From IMG/VR virus record IMGVR_UViG_3300020388_000010: a stretch of DNA of 64,000 bases; one strand, 5' to 3'. Below, piece by piece: positions 31,272 to 40,939 of the stretch (position 1 is its first letter; the number at the start of each line of letters is the position of its first letter). The DNA comes from a virus (Duplodnaviria; Caudoviricetes). Under the pieces are notes generated by a model. That model was not told where the DNA came from. It saw only the letters and a program-made list of their open reading frames with translations, and did no database searches. Made by a program: the position numbers and the translations under genes.

Positions 31272-32090
31272 ATGGCAGTACCTACTTCAAAGTCAACATT
31301 TAAAGAATATTGTTTAAGAGCATTAGGTAAAGGTGTCATTGATATCAATATATCTGATGACCAATTAGATGATAGAGTAGATGAAGCTTTACAATATTTT
31401 TCAAAATACCACTATGATGGTATTGAAAGAGTATATTTAAAACATCAACTGACAACCACTGAAATTACAAGAATGAGAAGTAATGAAAGTGCAGTTACAG
31501 CAACTGATAAAGTTGATAGTTCAATTACAGCAGACTTCTTACAACAAGAAAATTATTTACCTATTCCAGATAGTGTATTATCAGTTGTAAAAGTATACCC
31601 AGTAACAGATAAATTAACTCAAAATTTATTTGATGTTCGTTATCAATTAAGACTAAATGATTTATATGATTTCAGTTCAACTTCAATAATTCACTATGAA
31701 ATGACAATGAGGCATCTAGATTTTCTAGACCACATTCTTACTGGTGAATATCCAATAGATTTTAAAGAACATCAAAACAGATTATACATTCACGCAGATA
31801 TGGAAAAAGATTTCAATAACGGTGATTTTCTTTTAATTGAATGTTATAGAAAATTAGACCCAGCAGTATACACAGATGTATTTGATGATATGTATTTAAA
31901 AAGATATGCAACTGCATTAATTAAAAAACAATGGGGTTCTAACCTATCAAAATTTAATGGTGTTCAAATGTTAGGTGGAGTTACTATGAACGGTGAAGCA
32001 ATCTATCAACAAGCGTTAGATGAAATCACTAAGTTAGAAGAAGAAATGAAACTAGGATTTGAGTTACCAATAAATTATATGGTAGGATAA
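31272..32090 (+). CDS. gp13: Neck protein
   Basis: YCLR.LG..VI.IN, YHYDG, LKRYATALIK.QWG.NL.KF.G....GG...NG. Confidence 0.93.
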   Translation: MAVPTSKSTFKEYCLRALGKGVIDINISDDQLDDRVDEALQYFSKYHYDGIERVYLKHQLTTTEITRMRSNESAVTATDKVDSSITADFLQQENYLPIPDSVLSVVKVYPVTDKLTQNLFDVRYQLRLNDLYDFSSTSIIHYEMTMRHLDFLDHILTGEYPIDFKEHQNRLYIHADMEKDFNNGDFLLIECYRKLDPAVYTDVFDDMYLKRYATALIKKQWGSNLSKFNGVQMLGGVTMNGEAIYQQALDEITKLEEEMKLGFELPINYMVG

Positions 32091-32093
32091 GTT

Positions 32094-33263
32094 ATGGCAG
32101 TCAACAAATTTTTTCACGACAGTAATAAAACTTCTATATCTGCCGAGAGAAACTTATATAAAAATCTAATCAAAGAAGCTATCCAGATTCACGGACACGA
32201 TGTCTATTATGTAAATAGAACATTTGTAAATGAAGATACTTTATTTGGTGAAGATACATCTTCAACTTTTTCTGAATCACAACTTATAGAAATGTATGTA
32301 GAAAATGCAGAAGGTGGTCTTGAGGGTGAGAAAGAATTAGTATCAAAGTTTGGTTTAGATATCAAAGATGAAGTTACCTTTGTCGTAAGTAAAGAAAGAT
32401 TTCAAGACATAACAAAACAAGTTGTTTTAGAGTCTGGTACTACTGAAACTTTTGGTGCAGTATTATTAGAAGATGAAACAACTACAAGTGAAAGTGCATA
32501 TCTTGTAAATGAAGATGAATCTACTGATGCAGATAGACCTTTAGAGGGTGATTTAGTTTTTCATCCTATTATTAATAAAATGTTTGAAATCAGTTTTGTT
32601 GACCACGATGAACCTTTCTTTCAATTAGATAACAATCCAGTTTATAAATTAAAATGTAGATTATTTGAATATGGTAGTGAGGGTCTTGATACTGGTGTAA
32701 GTGCGATTGACCAAATAGAAACTGATAGTAGTTTAGATGCACTTTCATATCAATTCACATTAGAACAAACTGGAACATACACAGAAGAAATTTCATTAGA
32801 AGATAATGATTTATTATTATTAGATAGAACAGATGGTAGTGATTCTGATGCTGGTGATAATTTAATTTCTGAAACACAGTTTGGTGCAAGTTCTATATTA
32901 CTAGAAACTGCTGATACTTATTACATTACAGTTAAAGATGAAACTGGTGCGTTTGAATTAGACGAAGTTATCACTGGTGCAAACGGTGGACAGGCTTATA
33001 TTAAGTTAATAAATAGTAACACATTACACTTTGAATATATAACTGGAACATTTGCAAAAGATGAAGTTATTACTGGTAGAAACAATGGGTTTACTGCAAC
33101 AATAACTGAAATGAAAGAAGAAAATCATTATCTAATTAATGAAGAATATAATGTAGATACTATTGATGAAAAATCTCAGATTGAAGATTTTGAAAACTTA
33201 GATAATACAATATTAGACTTTAGTGAATCAAATCCATTTGGTGACGCTGGGAAGGAAACATAA
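32094..33263 (+). CDS. gp14: Neck protein with acidic inserts
   Basis: E.I.I.G.DVYY, FGED, SKFGL...DE, P.EGDL, PF.QL, LDFSESNPFG. Confidence 0.9.
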   Translation: MAVNKFFHDSNKTSISAERNLYKNLIKEAIQIHGHDVYYVNRTFVNEDTLFGEDTSSTFSESQLIEMYVENAEGGLEGEKELVSKFGLDIKDEVTFVVSKERFQDITKQVVLESGTTETFGAVLLEDETTTSESAYLVNEDESTDADRPLEGDLVFHPIINKMFEISFVDHDEPFFQLDNNPVYKLKCRLFEYGSEGLDTGVSAIDQIETDSSLDALSYQFTLEQTGTYTEEISLEDNDLLLLDRTDGSDSDAGDNLISETQFGASSILLETADTYYITVKDETGAFELDEVITGANGGQAYIKLINSNTLHFEYITGTFAKDEVITGRNNGFTATITEMKEENHYLINEEYNVDTIDEKSQIEDFENLDNTILDFSESNPFGDAGKET

Positions 33264-34063
33264 TGTTAGGACAACAATTTTATCACGAAACGATTAGAAA
33301 AATAATAGTATCATTTGGTACTATTTTTAATAATATTCAAATTATCAGAAAAAATAGTTCTGGTAATATTACACAATCTATGAAAGTTCCATTAGCATAT
33401 GGGCCTAAACAGAAGTTCCTTACAAGAATTAGAGAAGATGCAAGTATTAGTAAAACAACTGCGATTACTTTACCTAGAATTGCATTTGAGATACAAACAC
33501 TTTCTTACGATACAACTAGAAAATTAAATCGTGTTACAAAGATTAGAAAAACAAGTGCAAAAGGTTCTTCTAAATTAGAAACACAATATATGCCTGTACC
33601 TTATAATGTTGATTTACAATTATTTGTTATGGCAAAAAGTGGTGATGATGCACTACAAATTATAGAACAGATATTACCTTTTTTTCAACCAGAATATACA
33701 ATCACAGTCAATGATAATTTAGATATGAAACAAAAAAGAGATGTACCTATTGTATTGACTGGTATAGATTACGAAGATAATTACGAGGGTGATTTCACAA
33801 CAAGACGAGCAATCATTTATACATTATCTTTTACTGCAAAATTTTATTTGTATGGGCCTGTTACTTCACAGTCTGTTATCAAATCAGTTCAAGTTGACCA
33901 GTTTACAGATTTACCAGACAAATCACCTAAGAGAGAACAAAGATATAGTGTCACACCAGAACCAGTATCTGCTGATTTTGATGATAACTTTGGATTTAAT
34001 GAAACAACATCTTTTTTCCAAGATGCAAAAGAGTTTAATCCAAAAACTGGTAGTGATGAATAA
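33263..34063 (+). CDS. gp15: Tail sheath stabiliser/terminator
   Basis: FG..FN.I, KVPLAYGPKQKFL, LPR, QIIEQILP.F.P. Confidence 0.95.
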   Translation: MLGQQFYHETIRKIIVSFGTIFNNIQIIRKNSSGNITQSMKVPLAYGPKQKFLTRIREDASISKTTAITLPRIAFEIQTLSYDTTRKLNRVTKIRKTSAKGSSKLETQYMPVPYNVDLQLFVMAKSGDDALQIIEQILPFFQPEYTITVNDNLDMKQKRDVPIVLTGIDYEDNYEGDFTTRRAIIYTLSFTAKFYLYGPVTSQSVIKSVQVDQFTDLPDKSPKREQRYSVTPEPVSADFDDNFGFNETTSFFQDAKEFNPKTGSDE

Positions 34064-34082
34064 ATAAGAGTAGGAGAATAAA

Positions 34083-34946
34083 GTGCCAATAAGAACATTA
34101 CCAAGTAGAGCTATTGCAGATGCATCAATACAGGCTGTTGATATTGCAAACTCTAGTATATCAAAAACAAAAATAGATGCAGATACACGATTAGGTCTGC
34201 AAAACGATTCAATTATATTAGATGGAACAGATGGCGCTGGTGCAAACAAGGGCGACTTTTTATCATTAAATGGTACAGATGGTTCTAGTACAAATGCAGA
34301 TGATAGAATACTTTTTGACGAAACTTTTATTGATAAAGTAAACTTATTTAACATAAACACATTGGGTTCAAGTGGACAAGCTCTTAAAGTTAATGATGCT
34401 GGAAATGATTTTACATTTGGTTCTGCTGGTACTAATGTTAAAATTACAGAAACAGATGTTACAGGCAGTGTTTCTGAAGTAATATTTGATAATACAGTAA
34501 TGACTGGTTATACTAGATTTAAAATCGTAGTTCATAATCTTACATTTTCAACAACAGCAGATTTAAGAATGGCAGATTCACCAGATAATGGTTCAACTGT
34601 ATCATTTACTGGTTATTATGGTTCTCACTATTCACAGTTAGGTTCTTCATCACACGCAGTTGGTTCTGATACTGATACAAACTATTATGATTTTGCTGGT
34701 TGGAATTTTAAAGCAAATATAGGAAATTATCTTGAGTTTGATTGTGTAAATTTTGGTAGGTCAGATACTAATGATTACAAAAAATATATAGTTAATTGGA
34801 TTCATTATAATAACAATAATAATCATTATGGTGTTATAAATTACTTTACAAGTTCATTAGCATCTGCAATGAATTGGATAAGATTTTATCCATCAAGTGG
34901 TACAATAGATGAGGGAAAATTTATTGTTTATGGTGTAAATGAATAA
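34083..34946 (+). CDS. Fibre protein inserted between gp15 and gp16
   Basis: GTG start with AGGAG RBS; LDGTD motifs, GQALKVN joint, tip ending G.FIVYG. Confidence 0.7.
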   Translation: MPIRTLPSRAIADASIQAVDIANSSISKTKIDADTRLGLQNDSIILDGTDGAGANKGDFLSLNGTDGSSTNADDRILFDETFIDKVNLFNINTLGSSGQALKVNDAGNDFTFGSAGTNVKITETDVTGSVSEVIFDNTVMTGYTRFKIVVHNLTFSTTADLRMADSPDNGSTVSFTGYYGSHYSQLGSSSHAVGSDTDTNYYDFAGWNFKANIGNYLEFDCVNFGRSDTNDYKKYIVNWIHYNNNNNHYGVINYFTSSLASAMNWIRFYPSSGTIDEGKFIVYGVNE

Positions 34947-35335
34947 TGTCAAAAGTAAATAATATTCTAGATGAAACATTGATAGGTGAACAAATTATGA
35001 AGGTTGAAGATAAACCAAAAACTGTTGTCAAAACAAATAATGAAGGTAATGATTTTGAATATCAAAGACAAAATTTTTATTCATTAGTTGAAAAAGGACA
35101 AGATGCAATAGAAGGTATATTAGACCTTGCAAGGGAAAGTGAACATCCAAGAACATATGAAGTTGCTGGACAACTCATAAAAAATGTTGCAGAGGTCACA
35201 GAGAAACTTGGTGATTTACATTTGAAGATGCAAAAGTTGAAAGAATTACCAGACAAGGGGCCGAAGAATGTAACTAATGCATTGTTTGTTGGTTCTACAA
35301 CAGAACTACAAAAAATGTTAAAAAATAACAAGTAG
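34946..35335 (+). CDS. gp16: Terminase small subunit
   Basis: DFEY.R, LARESEHPR.YEV, NALFVGST.ELQK.LK. Confidence 0.92.
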   Translation: MSKVNNILDETLIGEQIMKVEDKPKTVVKTNNEGNDFEYQRQNFYSLVEKGQDAIEGILDLARESEHPRTYEVAGQLIKNVAEVTEKLGDLHLKMQKLKELPDKGPKNVTNALFVGSTTELQKMLKNNK

Positions 35336-35340
35336 GTAAA

Positions 35341-37239
35341 ATGTCTGATACTAAAGTAAACAGCAATATGATTGAAGAATCTGGTAAAGTTAGTTCTGGA
35401 CAGATTCAACCTAATTCAATTTCAACTGCTGATATAACAAACTCATCAATTACTAATAGTGATATCTCTCCATCAGCTGCAATCGCATTAAATAAATTTA
35501 GTTTGCCTGGAAGTTCATCAGATTTTTTAAAAGGTGATGGAAGTTTTGGTACTGTTGATTTAAGTGCAGTAGGTACTAATGCATTTAATGTTGGTGTGTT
35601 AGGTTTTAAACTCGCAGTCAATGAAGGACTCACTATTTTTAATCTTGTTGATGGTATCGTAGACGAATTTAATAGTGAAGGTGGTATTGATACTGGCGAA
35701 AACTCAAACGCATCTTACGAATCAGCATCAGATTTTTATCAAAATTTATCACCAACGCCTGGTGTTGCAATGCATCTCGGTGTAGATGCAGTTACATTTG
35801 AAAACCCAGAACACGCACCATTAATTACATACACTTCTCAAGAAGCTACATTCGGTGCATTTGGAACTCAAGGTAGTATAACATTTCCCACATTAACAAC
35901 TTCAATAGAAGCAACTATGGTTGGTGCTGGTGCTGGAAACAATAGTCAAGGTTCTGGAGGTTCTGGTGGTAGTGTACAAGGTACAATAGCAAGTCCATCA
36001 ATCGCTGGTGCTACTTGGGATTATGTTGTAGGTGAAGCTGGTGTTGGCCCACAATACAGTACCCCCCAATATCCAAGTGGAGATATAGGTGCTACTGGTG
36101 GTTATGGTGGTGGTGCTTATGGTGCTATTGGTGGAGGTGGTGGTTTTACTGGAATTTTTGATGGTGAAGTTACAATTATAGAGGGTGGTACATATGGTGA
36201 AACTGGAAATTATCATACACCAGGCACACCTAATAATTATCCATTTGAGGGCCCAGGTTTTTCAGATACAGTTTCTCCAACTAATGCTAGTGAAGCAGTT
36301 TTAATTGTAGGTTCTGGTGGTGCTGGTGAAAATTCAAACGGTGCTCCAGCAGCACAAGGTGGTGGTGGTGGATTTACTGCTGGAACTAATGGTTCTGGTG
36401 GTTTTAGTGTACCTACTGCTAGTTCTGGTGGTACTAATGCATCTGGTGGGGGTGCAGACCAAGAAGCAAACGGACATTTAGGGGCATATCCAGTTGGTGA
36501 AATTTCTGGAGGAGGCCCAGCAGAGTGGACACAAGAATCTCCACACCCAGATGCAATACATTTTCAAGGTGGTGGAATGATGTACCCACCTTATCACTAT
36601 GGTGGTGGTGGTTCTGGATATCACGGAGGTGGTGGTACATCTGACCCAGGCGGTTATACTGGTGGTACTGGTGGTGGTTCTGGATATTCAAATCCTACAT
36701 ATGTTGCAACTCCATCTTTAGAATATGAAACAGCAGTTGGTAGTGCATCAAATCCTACTCCATTAAGTGTATTTGACGAAGCACCATATTATACTGGATT
36801 GCCTTCACCAAGACAAGCACTTTTTGCTGATGGAGCTAGAGGTGAAGGGGCAACTAGTGGTGCTACAAATACTGGTGGTGATGGTGGTATTCTTTTAGTT
36901 TTTGATGCTGGTTCAAGTTCAACAAGTATGACTTTAGTATCAGATACATTTACTGCGAGTGCGACACCATCTACTTCAAGAGTTGTGTTGTTTGCAGAAA
37001 TAGCAGATGATTTAAATACTGATGTTGCAATATCAGTAACAAGAGATAATACAACATACAATTCAGTATCATTAACTGATACTGGTTTTGTAAGTGGTTC
37101 AAGTGGTATTAAAATATATACTGGTAGCACACCTTTAACTGGAAGTGCTAGTCCACAAGTTCAGATGAGGTGGAAAGTTGTTGGGTCATCACTTACTGGT
37201 ACAAATAAAATTCACGGAGTTGCACTACAATGGGCATAA
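35341..37239 (+). CDS. Glycine-rich adhesin-like protein, paralogue 3
   Basis: Same N- and C-blocks; most divergent middle. Confidence 0.75.
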   Translation: MSDTKVNSNMIEESGKVSSGQIQPNSISTADITNSSITNSDISPSAAIALNKFSLPGSSSDFLKGDGSFGTVDLSAVGTNAFNVGVLGFKLAVNEGLTIFNLVDGIVDEFNSEGGIDTGENSNASYESASDFYQNLSPTPGVAMHLGVDAVTFENPEHAPLITYTSQEATFGAFGTQGSITFPTLTTSIEATMVGAGAGNNSQGSGGSGGSVQGTIASPSIAGATWDYVVGEAGVGPQYSTPQYPSGDIGATGGYGGGAYGAIGGGGGFTGIFDGEVTIIEGGTYGETGNYHTPGTPNNYPFEGPGFSDTVSPTNASEAVLIVGSGGAGENSNGAPAAQGGGGGFTAGTNGSGGFSVPTASSGGTNASGGGADQEANGHLGAYPVGEISGGGPAEWTQESPHPDAIHFQGGGMMYPPYHYGGGGSGYHGGGGTSDPGGYTGGTGGGSGYSNPTYVATPSLEYETAVGSASNPTPLSVFDEAPYYTGLPSPRQALFADGARGEGATSGATNTGGDGGILLVFDAGSSSTSMTLVSDTFTASATPSTSRVVLFAEIADDLNTDVAISVTRDNTTYNSVSLTDTGFVSGSSGIKIYTGSTPLTGSASPQVQMRWKVVGSSLTGTNKIHGVALQWA

Positions 37240-39149
37240 CAAAGTTAGAGAATCAAAATTTAAGTAATGACGCTATTGGAAGTGGTGAAATAAATACTGG
37301 TTCAGTTGATAGCTCTAAGATAGGTGCAGAAGTAAAAAACGAAGACATCTCTCCTAGTGCAAATATTTCAGCAACTAAGTTAGCACTACCTGGCCCACCA
37401 TCACAATTTGTTCGTGGTGATGGTTCATTTGGTGCTATTGATACAACTGGTATTAATGAAAATGCATTTAATATTGGTGTGTTAGGTTTCAAGATGGCAG
37501 TTAATGATGGACTCACAATATTTAATTTAAAAGATGGTGTAGTAGATGAATTTCACGATGAAAGTGGAATAGATACTGCTGAAAATACAAATGCAGCTTA
37601 CGATTCTACTTCAGATTTTTATAGTAATCAAGGTACAAATGTTGACTTACCTTCTCCACAAATAGGTAGAACATCTATCACTTCTACTGGTTCTGGAACA
37701 TATTCTGTTGAACCCACTATTACTGCAGTTGATGTGTTAATTATCGGTGGTGGAGGAGGAGCTGGTACTGGTGGTTATAACAATACTTCTGGTGGCGGTG
37801 GTGGTGCTGGTGGTTTAATATTTTATGAAGATTATCCAGTTACTGGTGGTGGTAGTATTCCAGTATCAGTAGGTGCTGGTGGCAGAGGTGGTGGTGGTGC
37901 ATCTTCATCTATTGCTGGATATCTTGGTGGTTCACCTGGCCCATATGAAACTGCGTTTGATAATGCAACTGCGATTAATGAAGCAAAAACATTTAATTTT
38001 TACAATCCAGCAGAACCAGCACCTCATCAATTTTTTTATTCGCCAGGTGAAAAAGGAACGGACTCTGTTTTTGGTGCAGCTCCAGCATTAGTTTTAACTG
38101 CTGAAGGTGGTGGTAGAGGTGGTGGATATGGTCACACGAGTTATATTGTATCTTTTGAAGATGCAACAATACAAGGTGGTAGTGCTGGTGGAGTTGGTTC
38201 ATATACTTCAGAAGATAATTCTGAAGCTGGAGCTGCAGAACACACATCTACTCAAGTATCAAATCATCCAGTTCCTGGCTTGTCAAACGACCCTTTACCA
38301 GGCACACCAATAAATGCACGAGGAGCTTTTGGAAGTGCTGGTGGTGTAGCAAGTGGAACTGCAGATAACACTACTCACGGAACATCTGGTGGGGGCGGTG
38401 GTGCTGGTACTTCTGGTGGTGATGGTACTGATTCACCAGAAACTGGTGGTGCTGGTGGTGAGGGTTTATTGTACAATGTTGCAGATGGTTCAACACCAGT
38501 AGGATATGCTGGTGGTGGTGGAGGTGGTGGTTCTGATACTGCACCTCCAAATGAAAGTGTACCTTTTGGTGGTGGTATTGGACAACTAACAACAAATAAC
38601 GAGTCAACGCCTTGGCTACAACCAATCGCTGCACTTGGGCCTGAATCTGGTGGTAATCCAGTTGATGCATATGGAAGTACAGAATCTTATCCAGGCGGTG
38701 ATGGAACTGCAAATCGTGGTGCTGGTGGAGGAGCTGGTATCACTCAAGGAGCATCGCCAACTGGTGTGGGTATTGGTGGTAATGGTGGCTCTGGTGTTAT
38801 AATAGTTACAGAAAGTAGATATAATGTTTCTAATACAAGTATGACTTTAATATCCGATACATTTACTGCAAGTTCAACACCAACTACAGCTAGAATAGTA
38901 GTCTTTGCAGAACTGCCTGATGGTCTTTCTGATTTTACTATAAGTGCAACAAGAGATAATAGTACATTTAATGCGATAACTTTAACAGATGAGGGTTTTG
39001 AAGCAGGAAGTTCTGGTATAAAAATATTTACTGGTTCAACTCCTTTAACTGGTTCAGCAAGTCCACAAGTGCAACTTAGATGGAAAATAGTAGGTTCATC
39101 TTTAAGTGGTGCAAATAAAATTCACGGAGTATCATTACAATGGGAATAA
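37230..39149 (+). CDS. Glycine-rich adhesin-like protein, paralogue 4
   Basis: Same blocks; middle closely related to paralogue 2. Confidence 0.75.
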   Translation: MGITKLENQNLSNDAIGSGEINTGSVDSSKIGAEVKNEDISPSANISATKLALPGPPSQFVRGDGSFGAIDTTGINENAFNIGVLGFKMAVNDGLTIFNLKDGVVDEFHDESGIDTAENTNAAYDSTSDFYSNQGTNVDLPSPQIGRTSITSTGSGTYSVEPTITAVDVLIIGGGGGAGTGGYNNTSGGGGGAGGLIFYEDYPVTGGGSIPVSVGAGGRGGGGASSSIAGYLGGSPGPYETAFDNATAINEAKTFNFYNPAEPAPHQFFYSPGEKGTDSVFGAAPALVLTAEGGGRGGGYGHTSYIVSFEDATIQGGSAGGVGSYTSEDNSEAGAAEHTSTQVSNHPVPGLSNDPLPGTPINARGAFGSAGGVASGTADNTTHGTSGGGGGAGTSGGDGTDSPETGGAGGEGLLYNVADGSTPVGYAGGGGGGGSDTAPPNESVPFGGGIGQLTTNNESTPWLQPIAALGPESGGNPVDAYGSTESYPGGDGTANRGAGGGAGITQGASPTGVGIGGNGGSGVIIVTESRYNVSNTSMTLISDTFTASSTPTTARIVVFAELPDGLSDFTISATRDNSTFNAITLTDEGFEAGSSGIKIFTGSTPLTGSASPQVQLRWKIVGSSLSGANKIHGVSLQWE

Positions 39150-40939
39150 CAAAAGTAAATAAAAATCTTATTGGTGATAGTGCATTAGATAGTAATAAAA
39201 TTGCAGATGGTAGTATTGGTGCAGATGAGATATTAGACAATACCATTATCAATGCAGATGTATCACCACAAGCAAGTATTGCATTTTCAAAATTAAGTTT
39301 GCCTGGCAGTTCGTCAGATTTATTAAATGGTGCTGGTGGATTTCAAGTTGCAAATGTAGCACAAACAGATACAAATACTTTTAATATTGGTTTATTAGGG
39401 TTTAAGATGGCAGTCGCAGAAGGACTCACAATATTTAATTTAAAAGATGGTGTTGTGGATGAGTTTAATGATGAGTCTGGTATAGATACTGCCGAAAATT
39501 CTAATGTATCATATGATGATTCTTCAGATTTTTACTCTGGTGGTTCTGGTTTTAATAACTCTACTCCACCAACTCAAAATATATTTTCATTTACAGCAAA
39601 TGGGCCTCACACATATACTGTTGAGTCTGGTGTTACAAATGTTAATGTTTTAGTTGTTGGAGGTGGTGGAGGTGGAGGCTCTGGTGGTTATAATGCTGTT
39701 AAAGGTGGTGGTGCTGGTGCTGGTGGTTTAATCTACTATCCAAATTATCCAGTAACGCCTGGTGGTACAGTTGCAGTAGTGGTTGGTGCTGGTGGAGAAG
39801 GTGCTGGATATAATCCTCCAGCGCCTGGTTCAACACCTTACACTCCTACTGCAAGACCAGATGGTCGTAATGGAACTGGCGAATTCGGTGGTTATGAACA
39901 CCCACAATATTCATACCCAATGGCATACACATATTATTCGCCTGGACAAACTGGTACAGATTCTTCTTTCGGGCCTCTTATAGGTGAAGGTGGAGGTGCT
40001 GGAGGTGGTTATCTAACTTCTGGTTCGCATCCATATATGGGTGGTGTATCTGGTGAAACTTATCACGAAGGTGGTTCTGGTGGTGGTGGTGGTGCTGGGC
40101 CTGGGCCATATATGGGGCCTGGTGGAGAAGGTAAACAAGATGAAAATCATCCAATTCCATTGACTCCACAAATTTTACCAGTAAATTCTATTGGAAGTTT
40201 TGGAAATGATGGTGGTGTAAATCAACCAGATGCTGGGAATGAACTAGCAACAGCTGGTGGTGGTGGAGCTGGTGGTGTTGGTGGAGATGCAGAAGGCCCT
40301 ATCGGTGGAGAGGGTGGTAATGGTTTACTTTATAATATTGCAGATGGTACTACATCAGTAGGTTATGCTGGTGGTGGTGCTGGTGCTGGTTTAGGCGAAT
40401 TTCCAGAGGGTACTTCAGTACCTTTTGGTGGTGGAGATACAAACACCACCCCATTAGTACAACCAAATTGGTTTCCTGGCTTGCCTGGTGCTGTAAATAG
40501 TGGTGGAGGTGGAGCTGGTGCAAGAAATATTAATCCTTCCACTCCTGCTGGTGGTGCTGTTGGAGGAGATGGTGGGCCTGGTGTTGTTATTGTTAAGGAA
40601 ATACAAGGTACTATATCAGATACATCAACAACCCTAGTTTCAGATACATTTACTGCAAGTTCAACTCCGACTAAAGCAAGAATAGTTGTTTTTGCAGAAA
40701 TTAATAGTACATTAAATTCCGAATTAACTGCATCTGCAACTAGAGATAATACAACTTTTAATGCGATAACTTTAACAGACACTGGGTATGTGTCTGGTTC
40801 TTCTGGAACTAAAATATTCACTGGTAGTACACCTTTGACTGGTACTGCAAGTCCTCAAGTTCAAGTTCGTTGGAAAATAGTTGGTTCTGGATTATCTCAT
40901 ATTAATACTATTCACGGTGTTTCACTTCAATGGGCATAG
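39140..40939 (+). CDS. Glycine-rich adhesin-like protein, paralogue 5
   Basis: Same blocks; 10-nt overlaps on both sides. Confidence 0.75.
   Translation: MGITKVNKNLIGDSALDSNKIADGSIGADEILDNTIINADVSPQASIAFSKLSLPGSSSDLLNGAGGFQVANVAQTDTNTFNIGLLGFKMAVAEGLTIFNLKDGVVDEFNDESGIDTAENSNVSYDDSSDFYSGGSGFNNSTPPTQNIFSFTANGPHTYTVESGVTNVNVLVVGGGGGGGSGGYNAVKGGGAGAGGLIYYPNYPVTPGGTVAVVVGAGGEGAGYNPPAPGSTPYTPTARPDGRNGTGEFGGYEHPQYSYPMAYTYYSPGQTGTDSSFGPLIGEGGGAGGGYLTSGSHPYMGGVSGETYHEGGSGGGGGAGPGPYMGPGGEGKQDENHPIPLTPQILPVNSIGSFGNDGGVNQPDAGNELATAGGGGAGGVGGDAEGPIGGEGGNGLLYNIADGTTSVGYAGGGAGAGLGEFPEGTSVPFGGGDTNTTPLVQPNWFPGLPGAVNSGGGGAGARNINPSTPAGGAVGGDGGPGVVIVKEIQGTISDTSTTLVSDTFTASSTPTKARIVVFAEINSTLNSELTASATRDNTTFNAITLTDTGYVSGSSGTKIFTGSTPLTGTASPQVQVRWKIVGSGLSHINTIHGVSLQWA

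Noticed and set aside
26220-40580. GGT-rich tandem repeats as CRISPR or satellite DNA
   Set aside because: They are in-frame glycine codons; no repeat-spacer structure
25819-40939. Diversity-generating retroelement acting on the adhesin paralogues
   Set aside because: No reverse transcriptase in the window; differences between repeated segments are mostly synonymous third-position changes, not adenine-specific; no non-coding template repeat
37230-40939. Programmed frameshift fusing the adhesins to each other or to terminase
   Set aside because: No slippery heptamer at the overlaps; an ATG plus RBS-like element explains them as translational coupling
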